Positions 34,865-46,682 of a stretch of 64,000 nt of DNA are shown in pieces (position 1 is the stretch's first letter; each line of letters opens with the position of its first letter). The stretch is from Candidatus Limnocylindrales bacterium (GTDB lineage Bacteria > Chloroflexota > Limnocylindria > Limnocylindrales > CSP1-4), in NCBI GenBank assembly GCA_038915165.1, contig JBCLDE010000001.1, positions 6,234 to 70,233 of the forward strand, written 5' to 3'. The notes beneath the pieces were generated by a model. The model had not been told where the DNA came from, made no database searches, and was given only the letters and a program-made list of their open reading frames with translations. A program made the position numbers and the translations under genes.

Positions 34865-36504
34865 TGTGCGGCCCCGCCTTCCGGCTGGAGCACAGGGCGG
34901 GACGGCTTGAGCAGGACCCAGCCCGTGCGCGCCACGATCCCGGCCAGGAGCAGGACGATCCCGCCGATGACGGCTGCGTCGGGGATCGCGATGGGTGCCG
35001 CCGGTGCGACCGCGTCGAGAGTCTCCGTGACGGTGCCCGAGAACAGGTTCAGGAGCAGGCCCGGCTGGACGCCGAAGATGACGACCAGCGTCGCGAGCGG
35101 GACGAGCGTCAGGATCTCCACAGCGGTCATGTCGGTCAGGCGGTTGCCGAGCCCGGTCAGGAAGTCGGACAGCTCACCGAACACCATCCGCCCGTACATG
35201 TACAGGAGGTAGCCGGCCGCCAGGATCATCACGAACGTCGCCACGGCAGCCGCCCCGGGGTTGGCCTGGAACGTGCCGACGAGGACCAGGAACTCACCGA
35301 CGAAGCCGGACAGGCCGGGCAGGCCGACGGAGGCGAAGACGAAGAACCCGAAGACAGCCGCCCAGACCGGGGTCCGACCGGCGAGGCCACCCATCCTGGC
35401 GATCGTCCGGTCATGCGTGCGTTCGTAGATGACGCCGACCAGCAGGAAGAGGGCGCCGGTGATGAGGCCGTGGTTGATCATCTGGAGGATCGCGCCCTGG
35501 AGGCCCTGCTGGGTGAACACGAAGATGCCCAGCGTCACGAAGCCCATGTGGCTGACCGACGAGTACGCGACCAGCCGTTTGAGGTCTGGCTGGACCAGCG
35601 CCACGATCGCGCCGTAGATGATCGCGATGAGCGACAGCACGATGATGACCGGCGCAAACGTTGCGGCAGCATCGGGATAGAGCGGCAGGGCGAACCGGAT
35701 GAAGCCGTACGCGCCGAGCTTGAGCATGACTGCGGCCAGGATGACCGAGCCTGCCGTGGGGGCTTCCGTGTGGGCATCGGGAAGCCAAGTATGGAACGGG
35801 AACATCGGGACCTTGATCGCGAAGGCCAGGAAGAAGGCCCCGAAGGCGGCCAGTTGAAGGCCGTCGGCGAAGCCGGGTGACGTCGCGTAGGCCCGCAGCA
35901 TCTCGAAGTCGAAGGCACCGATCCATGATCCGGCGTGGTCGGCCTGGTAGGCGTACGCGGTCGCCAGGATCGCGACCAGCATCAGCAGCGACCCGACCAG
36001 CGTGTAGAGCACGAACTTGATCGTGGCGTAGATCCGGTTGGCCCCGCCCCAGATCCCGATGATCAGGTACATCGGGACCAGGACGATCTCCCAGAAGATG
36101 TAGAACAGGAACGTGTCCAGGGCCAGGAAGACGCCGATCATCCCGACCTCCAGCACGAGGAAGGAGATCATGTATTCCTTGATCCGCGTCTGGATCGGCT
36201 TGAAGCTGGCCAGGATCGCGATCGCGGACAGGGTCGTGGTCAGGACCACCAGTGCGACCGAGATACCGTCCGCGCCAAGCTTGTAGCCGATGCCGAAGGC
36301 CGGGATCCACGAGTGGCTCTCGACGTACTGGAAGCCGGGCCGGCCGGGCAGGTAGCCGATGAGCAGGAAGAGCGACGCGATGAGTGCGAGCACGGCAAAG
36401 CCGAGCGCGACCCCCCGCGCCATCGTCGCCGGCAGGATGGCCACGGCCAGTGCGCCGACCAGTGGCAGGAAGGTGATGATCGAGAGGAGCGGCAGGCCGG
36501 TCAT
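34861..36504 (-). CDS. nuoM: NADH-quinone oxidoreductase subunit M (start ATG 36504 or GTG 36510)
   Basis: The product reads FAIKVPMFPFHTWLPDAHTEAPTAGSVILAAVMLKLGAYGFIRF...LVAYSSVSHMGFV. Confidence 0.9.
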   Translation of the reverse strand: MTGLPLLSIITFLPLVGALAVAILPATMARGVALGFAVLALIASLFLLIGYLPGRPGFQYVESHSWIPAFGIGYKLGADGISVALVVLTTTLSAIAILASFKPIQTRIKEYMISFLVLEVGMIGVFLALDTFLFYIFWEIVLVPMYLIIGIWGGANRIYATIKFVLYTLVGSLLMLVAILATAYAYQADHAGSWIGAFDFEMLRAYATSPGFADGLQLAAFGAFFLAFAIKVPMFPFHTWLPDAHTEAPTAGSVILAAVMLKLGAYGFIRFALPLYPDAAATFAPVIIVLSLIAIIYGAIVALVQPDLKRLVAYSSVSHMGFVTLGIFVFTQQGLQGAILQMINHGLITGALFLLVGVIYERTHDRTIARMGGLAGRTPVWAAVFGFFVFASVGLPGLSGFVGEFLVLVGTFQANPGAAAVATFVMILAAGYLLYMYGRMVFGELSDFLTGLGNRLTDMTAVEILTLVPLATLVVIFGVQPGLLLNLFSGTVTETLDAVAPAAPIAIPDAAVIGGIVLLLAGIVARTGWVLLKPSRPVLQPEGGAAH

Positions 36505-36512
36505 GTCCACGC

Positions 36513-38467
<1,955 letters not shown>

Positions 38468-38468
<1 letters not shown>

Positions 38469-38797
38469 CACCGGCTCATCGCATCGTACTCGTCGACCAG
38501 CGGCGTCTTCTTGTTGCGGTAGATGGCGATGACGATGGCCAGCCCGACCGTCGCTTCGGCCGCGGCCACGGCCATGACCATGAGCGCGATGACCGAGCCC
38601 TGGGCGGACAACGGCTGCGCGCCGGCGGGAGTGACCCCGAACGCACCGAACGCGACGATGGCGAGGTTGACGCCGTTGAGCATCAGCTCGATGGACATCA
38701 GCATGCTGATCGCGTTGCGCCGGGCCAGGAACCCGAACGATCCGATGGAGAACAGGAGGCTGGCCAGGATGAGGTAGGCGTCGAGGGAGTCGCTCAC
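38468..38797 (-). CDS. nuoK: NADH-quinone oxidoreductase subunit K
   Basis: The 109-aa product reads [37 protein letters not shown]. The GTG start overlaps the nuoJ stop (GTGA). Confidence 0.9.
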
Positions 38798-39387
38798 GAC
38801 GGCCCACCTGGTTCGCGCTTGGCCAGGAAGACGCCGCCGACGACCGCGGCCAGGAGCAGCACGCTGACAACCTCGAACGGCAGGACGAAGTCGCTGAACA
38901 GCACGCTCGACATGGCGTCCGTCGCCAGGCGGACCCGCTCCGGCAGCTCGCCCCAGTCCGTGGCGGCGATGGCCAGGGCGACGACGACGGCGATGACGGT
39001 GGAGGCGATCGCGGCCGGCACAGCCTGAGTCTGGAAGACCAGCCGGCTCGGCGCGTCCTTGGTCTGGGTCAGCATGATCGCGAACAGGATGAGGACGCTG
39101 ATCGCGCCGATGTAGATGATGACCTGGGCGGCCGCCAGGAGCGGCGCACCGATCAGGACGTAGATGCCGGCCAGGGCACCGAAGCAGACGATCATGGCCA
39201 GGCCGCAGCGGATGATGTCGCGCATCGTCACGACGAGCAGGCCGGCCCCGATCATGACCGCGGCGAGGAGCCAGAACAGGGCGTCCGCCCAGTCCTGGCC
39301 GAGGAAGACCAGCATGATCGCCGCGACGCCCATGACCAGGCCGACGACGGCGAGCGCCAGGATGATCGGGATCGATCGCTGCAGCAC
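38794..39387 (-). CDS. nuoJ: NADH-quinone oxidoreductase subunit J (start GTG 39387; ATG 39444 alternative would overlap the upstream gene)
   Basis: The product reads [58 protein letters not shown]. Confidence 0.8.
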   Translation of the reverse strand: MLQRSIPIILALAVVGLVMGVAAIMLVFLGQDWADALFWLLAAVMIGAGLLVVTMRDIIRCGLAMIVCFGALAGIYVLIGAPLLAAAQVIIYIGAISVLILFAIMLTQTKDAPSRLVFQTQAVPAAIASTVIAVVVALAIAATDWGELPERVRLATDAMSSVLFSDFVLPFEVVSVLLLAAVVGGVFLAKREPGGPS

Positions 39388-39397
39388 GTCCCGTCGT

Positions 39398-41980
39398 CTA
39401 CTCGGGATGGATCGGTGCGATGGCGGCTCCATGCCCGTTGCCATTGGCGGGGACGCCCCCGATGGTCGGCGGGAGCATGGGCAGCATCCGCGTCGGGTCG
39501 ATGATGCGTCCTTCCGCGGCCGCTGTGGACGCCCAATCGCGCTCGCGCCGGATGTAGGTGACTTCAGTCTCGCGGTCGATCGCCGCGATGGCCATCAGAT
39601 CGATCATCGGGTTCGCGCGGCTCGTGTCGGCGAGCTCGATGTCCGGACCATGGCGCAGTGCGTCGTATGGGCAGGCGTCCACGCAGATACCGCACAGGAT
39701 ACAGCGGCTCTCGTCGACCTCGAACTTCTGGAGGATGCGCGGCTTGAGCATCAGGGCGCCGGTCGGGCAGGTCTCGGCGCACCGTCCGCACGAGACGCAC
39801 GGGGTGTCGTTGAGGCTCATGTCCAGCGGCGTCGTGACGAGCGTGTCGAAGCCGATCCGCATGAAGTCGTAACAGGCCGCCCCGACGACCTCGGCGCACA
39901 CGGTCGCGCAGCGGCCGCAGTCGATGCAGCGTGACGGCTCGCGCAGGATGAAGGCGTGCGAATCGTCCCGGATGTAGTCGTGGTTGGTGCCGGTGAAGCG
40001 GTTCTCGGTGACGCTCCGGTAGCCGGCCCCGGCGTTGTGCTGCGGTTCGAGGGTCTGGAGCGTGGTCCCGTACTCGATCCCAAGGCGACGCAGGTCGCAG
40101 AAGCCGATCGCCTCGCAGGTGCACTGCAGGCAGCGGGTCGACTCGGCGACCGCTTCCTCGCGGGTATATGGCAGTTCGTACTCGATAAAGCTGTTTCTGC
40201 GTTCCTCCGCCTCCAGCACCTTCATCCGGTAGCGCGGTTCCTTGGCCTCCATGGTGAACGGTACGATGGACAGGAACTCGGGCTGCGGCTCGGCCAGTGT
40301 CTGGCGGGTCCGGATGGCGCTCAGGTCGAGGCCCTTCATGTGGGCGTCGACAGCGTACGCCGCGCGGCGGCCCTCGGCGCAGGCCTGCACGACGGTCGCG
40401 GACCCGATCCGCACGTCGCCGGCCCCGAACACGCCCGGGCGGCCGGTCTCGAAGGTCACCGCGTCCGCCCTGAGCCGGTGCAGTATCGTCTTCTCCGGTC
40501 CCTCGTTGCCGGGCTGTCCCAGCCAGTCGAGCTCCGGCCCCTGGCCGATGGCCAGCAGGACACGGTCGCATGGGATGATGAATTCGGTGCCAGGGGCCGG
40601 TTCGGGCCGGCGGCGGCCGGACGCATCCGGTGCACCCAGGACCATCCGGATGAACTCGACGCCCGTGACGTTGCGGGCTTCGTCGGCGATGACACGGACC
40701 GGACCGGCCTGGAAGATGGCGGTGACGCCCTCCTCGATCGCCTCGTGGACCTCGTTGGAAGCCGGCATGTCCTTCATGTCGCGGCGATAGACCAGCGTTA
40801 CTGCCTTGGCGCCCTGGCGGACGGAGATCCGCGAGCAGTCCATGGAGGTGAACCCACCACCGATGACCACGACCCGCTTGCCGGCGTGGTCCGGGTAGGG
40901 CAGGCCGAGGGTCGCCGTGCGCAGGTACTCCAGGCCCTCGATACATTCGGGCGCGTCGTCGTCCGGGATGCCCAGCTTGTTCGTGTCGTAGCAGCCGATC
41001 GCAATGAGGACGGAATCGAAGCCCTGGAAGGTCAGGTCATCCAGCGTGAAGTCGCGGCCGAAGCCGGTATTGCAGACGATCTTGCCGCCGAGACGCGTGA
41101 TCGATTCGTACTCCGCTTCGAGGACTTCGACCTTCGGCAGGCGGTATTGCGGGATGCCGTACCGGAGCATGCCGCCCGGCGCCGGGTCGCGCTCGAAGAC
41201 CGTCACATCGTGGCCGGCCAGGAGCAGGTAGAACGCGGCGCTCATGCCGGCCGGCCCCGAGCCGATGATCGCGGCTCGTCGTCCCGAGGGTGCCTGGCGC
41301 TCGAACGGCAGTGGTGGGTCCACCCCGTCGTCGAGCATCGACTTCAGGACCTGGTCGCCGGCGTAGCGGTGGCTGTCGCGGATGGCGATCGCCTCGTCGA
41401 CCTCGTCGCGTCGGCAGTGATCCTCACACGGCGCCGGGCAGACCCGCCCGAGGATGCTCGGGAACGGGATCGTCCGCTTGAAGATCCGCGCCGACTCGCG
41501 CCAATCGGCCTGTGCGTTGGCCTTCAGGAAGCCCGGGATGTCGATGGAGCTGGGGCACTTGTTCTGGCAGGGCGGCAGGCAATAGGCGTTGTGGTCGGAG
41601 AAGATCAGCTCCAGGTTCGTCCGGCGCAGGCGGCGCACCTCTTCGGTCTGGGTCTGGACCTTCATCTCCGGCGCGCACACGCGCGCGCACGAGATCGGCG
41701 GGTGCTCCTCGCCCTCGACCTCGACGACACACATCCGGCAGGCCCCGAAGCCGGGCAGCTTCGGCTCGTAGCACAGGGTCGGGATCTCGATGCCGTTGGC
41801 GCGGCACACCTCGAGGATCGTCTGGCCCTCGAACCCTTCGAGGATGCGGCCGTCGACCTCGATGCGGATGCGCGGGGTCGACTGCGGGCGCTGCGGCGCC
41901 TGAGCCTCCAGCAGTCGCTCGGCGAGCGACTGCTGGTCCAGTGCGGGGCGGCTTTGGGGGCGCGTGATCAGGTCGGCCAT
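39398..41980 (-). CDS. 860-aa Fe-S flavoprotein fusion: NuoG-type N-terminal [2Fe-2S] domain, GltD/NfnB-type NAD(P)H-FAD module, NuoG-type [4Fe-4S] region, NuoI-like 2x[4Fe-4S] tail
   Basis: The 2Fe-2S region is RIRIEVDGRILEGFEGQTILEVCRANGIEIPTLCYEPKLPGFGACRMCVVEV. The GltD part reads CPSSIDIPGFL...GRVCPAPCEDHC, AAIIGSGPAGMS and VVVIGGGFTSMD. The 4Fe-4S region is SRCIDCGRCATVCAEV...CVSCGRCAETCPTGAL. The tail CILCGICVDACPYDALRHGPDIELAD resembles the NuoI C-terminus. Confidence 0.8.
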   Translation of the reverse strand: MADLITRPQSRPALDQQSLAERLLEAQAPQRPQSTPRIRIEVDGRILEGFEGQTILEVCRANGIEIPTLCYEPKLPGFGACRMCVVEVEGEEHPPISCARVCAPEMKVQTQTEEVRRLRRTNLELIFSDHNAYCLPPCQNKCPSSIDIPGFLKANAQADWRESARIFKRTIPFPSILGRVCPAPCEDHCRRDEVDEAIAIRDSHRYAGDQVLKSMLDDGVDPPLPFERQAPSGRRAAIIGSGPAGMSAAFYLLLAGHDVTVFERDPAPGGMLRYGIPQYRLPKVEVLEAEYESITRLGGKIVCNTGFGRDFTLDDLTFQGFDSVLIAIGCYDTNKLGIPDDDAPECIEGLEYLRTATLGLPYPDHAGKRVVVIGGGFTSMDCSRISVRQGAKAVTLVYRRDMKDMPASNEVHEAIEEGVTAIFQAGPVRVIADEARNVTGVEFIRMVLGAPDASGRRRPEPAPGTEFIIPCDRVLLAIGQGPELDWLGQPGNEGPEKTILHRLRADAVTFETGRPGVFGAGDVRIGSATVVQACAEGRRAAYAVDAHMKGLDLSAIRTRQTLAEPQPEFLSIVPFTMEAKEPRYRMKVLEAEERRNSFIEYELPYTREEAVAESTRCLQCTCEAIGFCDLRRLGIEYGTTLQTLEPQHNAGAGYRSVTENRFTGTNHDYIRDDSHAFILREPSRCIDCGRCATVCAEVVGAACYDFMRIGFDTLVTTPLDMSLNDTPCVSCGRCAETCPTGALMLKPRILQKFEVDESRCILCGICVDACPYDALRHGPDIELADTSRANPMIDLMAIAAIDRETEVTYIRRERDWASTAAAEGRIIDPTRMLPMLPPTIGGVPANGNGHGAAIAPIHPE

Positions 41981-42016
41981 GGTCGCCTTAGTGCCGCGCC
42001 GACATCGGCCACAAAC

Positions 42017-43852
42017 TCACCGGGATCCTCCTGCCACACCGGGGGTGCCGGCCAGCTGCGCGTCGCGGTACGACTCCTTGTAGAGCCGGCCGTCACTCGA
42101 GATCTCCTGGAGCTCGAACCGCTCCATCGTAATGGCGTCGAACGGGCAGCGCTTGACGCACAGCGCGCAGCGGATGCAGCTCTCCTCGTCGATGATCATC
42201 GCCCCGCCGTTGTCCCAGCCGTAGGCCTCCTCGAGCTCGGGCAGCGGCCCCTCGGATTTGAGCTGGTTGATGTCGACCAGGTGGATGACGCCGACGGGGC
42301 AGACATCGGCACAGGCGCCGCACAGGACGCAGCGGAACGGGTCGAACCAGATGTTGTAATTGCACATGAGACAGCGGATCGACTCGGCGACGGCGGCATT
42401 GGCGTCGTAGCCAAGCTCAACCGGCGTGTTGAAGTTGACGACCGGTTCGGTCGATGGCATCCGCGCGGTCACCGGCAGCATCGGGATGTGCTGGCGCGGC
42501 AGGACGTCGTAGAACTCGGGCATGTCGTGGCGCCACGAGCTGGTGATCTTGACGTTGGCGCTGACCGAGACGTCGGTCCGGCCGGCCAGGTAGCGATCGA
42601 TGGCGTAGGCGCACTTCTTGCCGTGGCCGGCCGCCTCGACCAGGGTCGTCGGGCCGGTCACGAAGTCGCCGCAGGCGAAGACGCCCCGGACGTTGGAGGC
42701 GTACGTGGCGGGGTCCACCTTGACCCGGCCGCGGTTGATCTGGAACTTCGCCTCGATCGGCAGGAAGGTCAGGTCGGCCGCCTGTGAGACGGCGGGGATG
42801 ACGGTCTTGGCCGGGATGACGAACTCGGAGCCCGCGATCGGCACCGGGGAACGGCGGCCGGACGCGTCCGGCTCACCCAACCGGTTACGGATGAACTTGA
42901 CGCCGCTGACCTTGCCGTCCTCGCCCAGGATCTCGATCGGGCTGGCCAGGAACTCCAGGCGCACGCCTTCACGCTCGGTCTCGCCCAGCTCCTCTTCGTC
43001 GACGACGAGCTCCGAGCGGGTGCGCCGGTAGACGATCGAGACGCGCTCGGCGCCGTGGCGCAGGCTGGTGCGCGAGCAGTCCATCGCGGTGTAGCCGCCA
43101 CCGATGACCACGATGTCGGTCCCGACCTCCAGGGGCTGGCCGAGGTTGGCCTGCTTCATGAAATCGACGCCGTACTGGACACCCTCGAGATCGGCGCCGG
43201 GGATGTCCAGGGCCACCGCGTCCATGGCGCCGGCGGTGATCGCGATCGCGTCGAAGTCCCGCTGGAGTTGCTCGAACGTGATGTCCACCCCGATCGTCGT
43301 GTCATACACGAACCGGACGCCCAGCCGCTCGATCAGGCGCACGTCGTTCTCGATCGCCTCACGCGGCAGGCGGAAGGCCGGCACGCCGATGAGCATCGTC
43401 CCGCCACCGTACGGCAGGCTGTCGAAGACGGTGCACTGGTAGCCCGCGGTGGCGAGCTCGCGGGCGACGCTCAGACCGGCCGGTCCGGCACCGACGATCG
43501 CCACGCGCTCGTCGCGCGGCGTGATCTGGGGCATCACGTCCGGGATGCCCGACGCCTCATGCCATTCGACGAGGAAGCGCTTCATCGCCCGGATCGCCAG
43601 TGGCCGATCGATGTCGCCACGACGACAGGCCCGCTCGCACGGCGCCGAGCAGACATACGAACACATCGCGGCGACCGGGTTCGTCTCGCGCGCCAGGATG
43701 TAGCCCTCCTCGAACCGGCCTTCGGCGGCAAGGTTGAGGTAGCCACGGCAATTCGTCCCGACCGGGCACGCTTCCTGGCACTCGATGTTGCACTGGAGCC
43801 AGGAGGCGTCGACGGGCTGGACGAGGAATTCCTGGGGCTGCTCGATGGCCAA
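42017..43852 (-). CDS. 611-aa GltD/NfnB-type NAD(P)H oxidoreductase with C-terminal 2x[4Fe-4S] ferredoxin domain (TTG start)
   Basis: The product reads CQEACPVGTNC...CSYVCSAPCERACRR, VAIVGAGPAGLS, IVVIGGGYTAMD and FACGDF. The C-terminus carries CVLCGACADVCPVGVI and CIRCALCVKRCPFDAI. Confidence 0.8.
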   Translation of the reverse strand: MAIEQPQEFLVQPVDASWLQCNIECQEACPVGTNCRGYLNLAAEGRFEEGYILARETNPVAAMCSYVCSAPCERACRRGDIDRPLAIRAMKRFLVEWHEASGIPDVMPQITPRDERVAIVGAGPAGLSVARELATAGYQCTVFDSLPYGGGTMLIGVPAFRLPREAIENDVRLIERLGVRFVYDTTIGVDITFEQLQRDFDAIAITAGAMDAVALDIPGADLEGVQYGVDFMKQANLGQPLEVGTDIVVIGGGYTAMDCSRTSLRHGAERVSIVYRRTRSELVVDEEELGETEREGVRLEFLASPIEILGEDGKVSGVKFIRNRLGEPDASGRRSPVPIAGSEFVIPAKTVIPAVSQAADLTFLPIEAKFQINRGRVKVDPATYASNVRGVFACGDFVTGPTTLVEAAGHGKKCAYAIDRYLAGRTDVSVSANVKITSSWRHDMPEFYDVLPRQHIPMLPVTARMPSTEPVVNFNTPVELGYDANAAVAESIRCLMCNYNIWFDPFRCVLCGACADVCPVGVIHLVDINQLKSEGPLPELEEAYGWDNGGAMIIDEESCIRCALCVKRCPFDAITMERFELQEISSDGRLYKESYRDAQLAGTPGVAGGSR

Positions 43853-43909
43853 GCGGGGCGTGCCTTTCCCTGGTTCTCGGGGCTCGGGTGCGAACGGACG
43901 ATCGGCGCA

Positions 43910-43945
43910 GCGGCCGATGCGGCCGATGCGGCCGATGCGCCGAAT
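43910..43945. repeat. 9-bp tandem repeat gcggccgat x3 perfect + 1 degenerate, in the divergent promoter region between the nuo-like operon and sufB
   Basis: Read directly from the sequence: units at 43910, 43919 and 43928, and a degenerate one at 43937. The array lies 58-93 nt upstream of the TTG start at 43852. Confidence 0.9.
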
Positions 43946-44212
43946 CTACCATCCGTCCCGTCAGGACGTGCACGGCAGGGGGATCCGGCGGGCATTGCGG
44001 GCGAGAGGAGAAGTCAGCAGACGCCCCGTCGGAGGCAGTTCCGGATGGACCAGCCGAGCCGGGTGATCGTCATGAAGGTCGGCGTTCACCTAGCCTGGAT
44101 CCACCGGTAGCAGGGACTGATTCGTCGCTGGCCTGGGTGGCGGGCTCACTGTCGAACCGCGTCCGGTTTCGCGCAGCTTTGCCCCTCTCTATCTCTCATC
44201 CCGACCCGTCGC

Positions 44213-44241
44213 TTGACACTTCGGCGCGTAATCCCGACAAT
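44213..44241 (+). promoter_or_regulatory. putative sigma70-type promoter for sufB (TTGACA-17 nt-GACAAT)
   Basis: TTGACA lies at 44213..44218 and GACAAT at 44236..44241, in a locally AT-richer spacer about 80 nt upstream of the sufB ATG. This is sequence inspection only. Confidence 0.3.
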
Positions 44242-44320
44242 CTGACTCGGAATTAGAAACAAGCCTCGACCAGGCCGGGCCGCGGCGCCTCGGGTGCCGC
44301 TACACAGCACGGGAGATCTC

Positions 44321-45733
44321 ATGACAGCGACCACAGCAACCCGCGAGATCGTCACCGACCAGCGCGACCAGTTCGCCTTCCACGACGACATCACCTACCT
44401 CGTCGAGACGAAACGCGGCTTGACGCGCGAGACGGTCGAGGAGATCAGCGGCTTCAAGAACGAGCCGGACTGGATGCTCCAGTTCCGCCTGCGCGCCTAT
44501 GAGCACTTCCTCAAGCGCCCGATGCCGGCGTGGGGCGGCGACCTGTCGAAGATCGACTTCGGCAACATCGTCTACTACCGCAAGCCGTCGGCGCGCGAAG
44601 AGAAGTCGTGGGACGACGTGCCGGAAAAGATCAAGGCCACCTTCGAGCGGCTGGGCATCCCCGAGGCGGAGCGCAAGTTCCTGGCCGGCGTGGGCGCGCA
44701 GTACGACAGCGAGGTCGTCTATCACTCCGTCAAGGAAGAACTGACCAAGATCGGCGTCGTGTTCATGGGCACGGATCAGGCGCTCATCGACTACCCGGAG
44801 CTCTTCCGCAAGTACTTCGCCACGGTCGTCCCGGCGGAGGACAACAAGTTCGCGGCGCTCAACGCCGCGGTCTGGTCGGGCGGCTCGTTCGTCTATGTGC
44901 CGAAGGGTGTCGAGGTCCCGCTCCCGCTGCAAGCCTACTTCCGCATCAACGGCGAGAACACCGGCCAGTTCGAGCGGACGCTGATCATCGTCGACGAGGG
45001 CGCCAAGGTCCACTACATCGAGGGCTGCACCGCGCCGGTCTATGCGACCGAGTCGCTCCATGTCGCCGTCGTCGAAGTCGTCGCGCTGGCCGGCTCCAAG
45101 GTCCGCTACACGACGATCCAGAACTGGTCGAACGACGTCTACAACCTGGTCACCAAGCGCGCCCACGCCCACGCCAACAGCAACGTGGAGTGGATCGACG
45201 CGAATACCGGCTCGCGCCTCACCATGAAGTACCCGGCCATCTACCTGCGCGGCGAGGGCGCCACGGCCGACATCATCAGCGTCGCCGTCGCGGGCAAGGG
45301 CCAGCATCAGGACACCGGGGCCAAGGCTGTCCACCTGGCACCCAACACCCGCTCGCGGATCGTGAGCAAGTCCGTCTCCAAGGATGGCGGCCGGTCGACC
45401 TACCGCGGCTCGCTCAAGGTGTTGCCGGGGGCCACGAATGTCGTCGCCAGCGTGCGTTGCGACGCGCTCATGCTCGACGACATCAGCCGCAGCGACACCT
45501 ACCCGTACATCGACATCCAGGAAGACGACACGACGATGACCCACGAGGCCACGGTCGGCAAGGTCAGCGCCGACCAGGTCTTCTACCTGATGAGTCGCGG
45601 CCTGACGGAGAACGAGGCGACGAACCTCATCGTCCAGGGCTTCCTGGAGGTCTTCACGAAGGAACTGCCGATGGAGTACGCCATCGAGTTCAACCGGCTC
45701 GTGAAGCTCGAGATGGAGGGGTCGCTCGGATGA
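44321..45733 (+). CDS. sufB: Fe-S cluster assembly protein SufB
   Basis: The product reads ...[32 protein letters not shown]...EGCTAPVY...[17 protein letters not shown]...[17 protein letters not shown]...[21 protein letters not shown]. Confidence 0.9.
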   Translation: MTATTATREIVTDQRDQFAFHDDITYLVETKRGLTRETVEEISGFKNEPDWMLQFRLRAYEHFLKRPMPAWGGDLSKIDFGNIVYYRKPSAREEKSWDDVPEKIKATFERLGIPEAERKFLAGVGAQYDSEVVYHSVKEELTKIGVVFMGTDQALIDYPELFRKYFATVVPAEDNKFAALNAAVWSGGSFVYVPKGVEVPLPLQAYFRINGENTGQFERTLIIVDEGAKVHYIEGCTAPVYATESLHVAVVEVVALAGSKVRYTTIQNWSNDVYNLVTKRAHAHANSNVEWIDANTGSRLTMKYPAIYLRGEGATADIISVAVAGKGQHQDTGAKAVHLAPNTRSRIVSKSVSKDGGRSTYRGSLKVLPGATNVVASVRCDALMLDDISRSDTYPYIDIQEDDTTMTHEATVGKVSADQVFYLMSRGLTENEATNLIVQGFLEVFTKELPMEYAIEFNRLVKLEMEGSLG

Positions 45734-46056
45734 CGACTGAGGCGGCGGACGTCGCCGACGCCTCGCACTCGTCGCCGAAACCCGGACCCCGTCCGGTCCG
45801 GCGGGCGCCCACCGACCTCTTCCGGTAGGCGCCTACCGACCTCCCGTTCTCCTTCGCCGACCGGGCGCTCATCGAGCGTCTCGGGACGGAACGCGGTGAG
45901 CCCGCCTGGTTGCGTGCCGAGCGCACGGCCGCCGCTGACGCGTTCGAGGCGTTGCCCCTTGAGCCGAACCGTCTCTACACGACCTATCTCGACCTGCGTC
46001 TCGTGGACGTGATGACGGTCGTGCCCGCCGCACGCGAGTTGCGGCGAACTACGTAG
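45730..46056 (+). pseudogene. sufD: truncated sufD remnant (about 100 codons, internal TAG, then sequence changes character)
   Basis: The ATG overlaps the sufB stop (ATGA). An in-frame TAG lies at 45826..45828 between two copies of a 15-bp repeat (gcgcccaccgacctc / gcgcctaccgacctc, 24 bp apart). The SufD-like N-terminus then reads FSFADRALIERLGTERGEPAWLRAERTAAADAFEALPLEPNRLYTTYLDL and ends at TAG 46054..46056. No sufC/S/U follows. Confidence 0.6.
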
Positions 46057-46167
46057 CCTGTGCAACTTTCGCTTGGAGCCGAGGTTCAGCTGGGCCGTTA
46101 CCGCGAGCGGTACTCTGACCCTACGAGAAGCCGCTTATGAGGAACCGATTCAAGGGGAGACAGGGAG

Positions 46168-46509
46168 ATGCAGACACTAACGCAGATGAAGTGCGTCGCG
46201 TGCCGCAAGGACGCACCGACCGTGACGGATGCCGAGATCGCCGAATTTCATTGCCAAGTCTCTGGTTGGGACATCGTTGAGCTCGATGGACTCAAACGCC
46301 TGAGACGCGTCTTTTCAGTGGACGATTTTGCGCAGGCGTTGGAATTCACGAAGAAGGTTGGCGCGCTTGCAGAGGCAGAGGGGCATCACCCTGCGCTGCT
46401 GACCGAATGGGGTAGGACGACGGTCACATGGTGGACGCACAAAATCAAGGGCCTGCATCGCAACGATTTCATCATGGCGGCGAAAACGGACGAGCTGTAT
46501 CAGCCATGA
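46168..46509 (+). CDS. pterin-4-alpha-carbinolamine dehydratase (PCD/DCoH)
   Basis: The 113-aa product reads ...[62 protein letters not shown]-type RBS lies upstream. The gene sits in a visibly lower-GC patch. Confidence 0.85.
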   Translation: MQTLTQMKCVACRKDAPTVTDAEIAEFHCQVSGWDIVELDGLKRLRRVFSVDDFAQALEFTKKVGALAEAEGHHPALLTEWGRTTVTWWTHKIKGLHRNDFIMAAKTDELYQP

Positions 46510-46682
46510 CTCGATCCGTCAGACGGGGCCCGGCCTCGATGCCGGGGAGACGGCGAGGTCGTGACTTCTGGTTGCAAGGAGCACAACCTGGAGTTTACGC
46601 ATCCCACACGGTCTGGCTACCCAGCGAGAAGACAGGCGCGACGTTCCCCACATCGTGCGTGACGAGCCTGGACGACCTGTAG

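Noticed and set aside
39956-42787. 943-aa plus-strand ORF antisense to both GltD-type fusion genes
   Set aside because: No motifs were found. The opposite strand carries dense Cys-cluster and Rossmann signatures.
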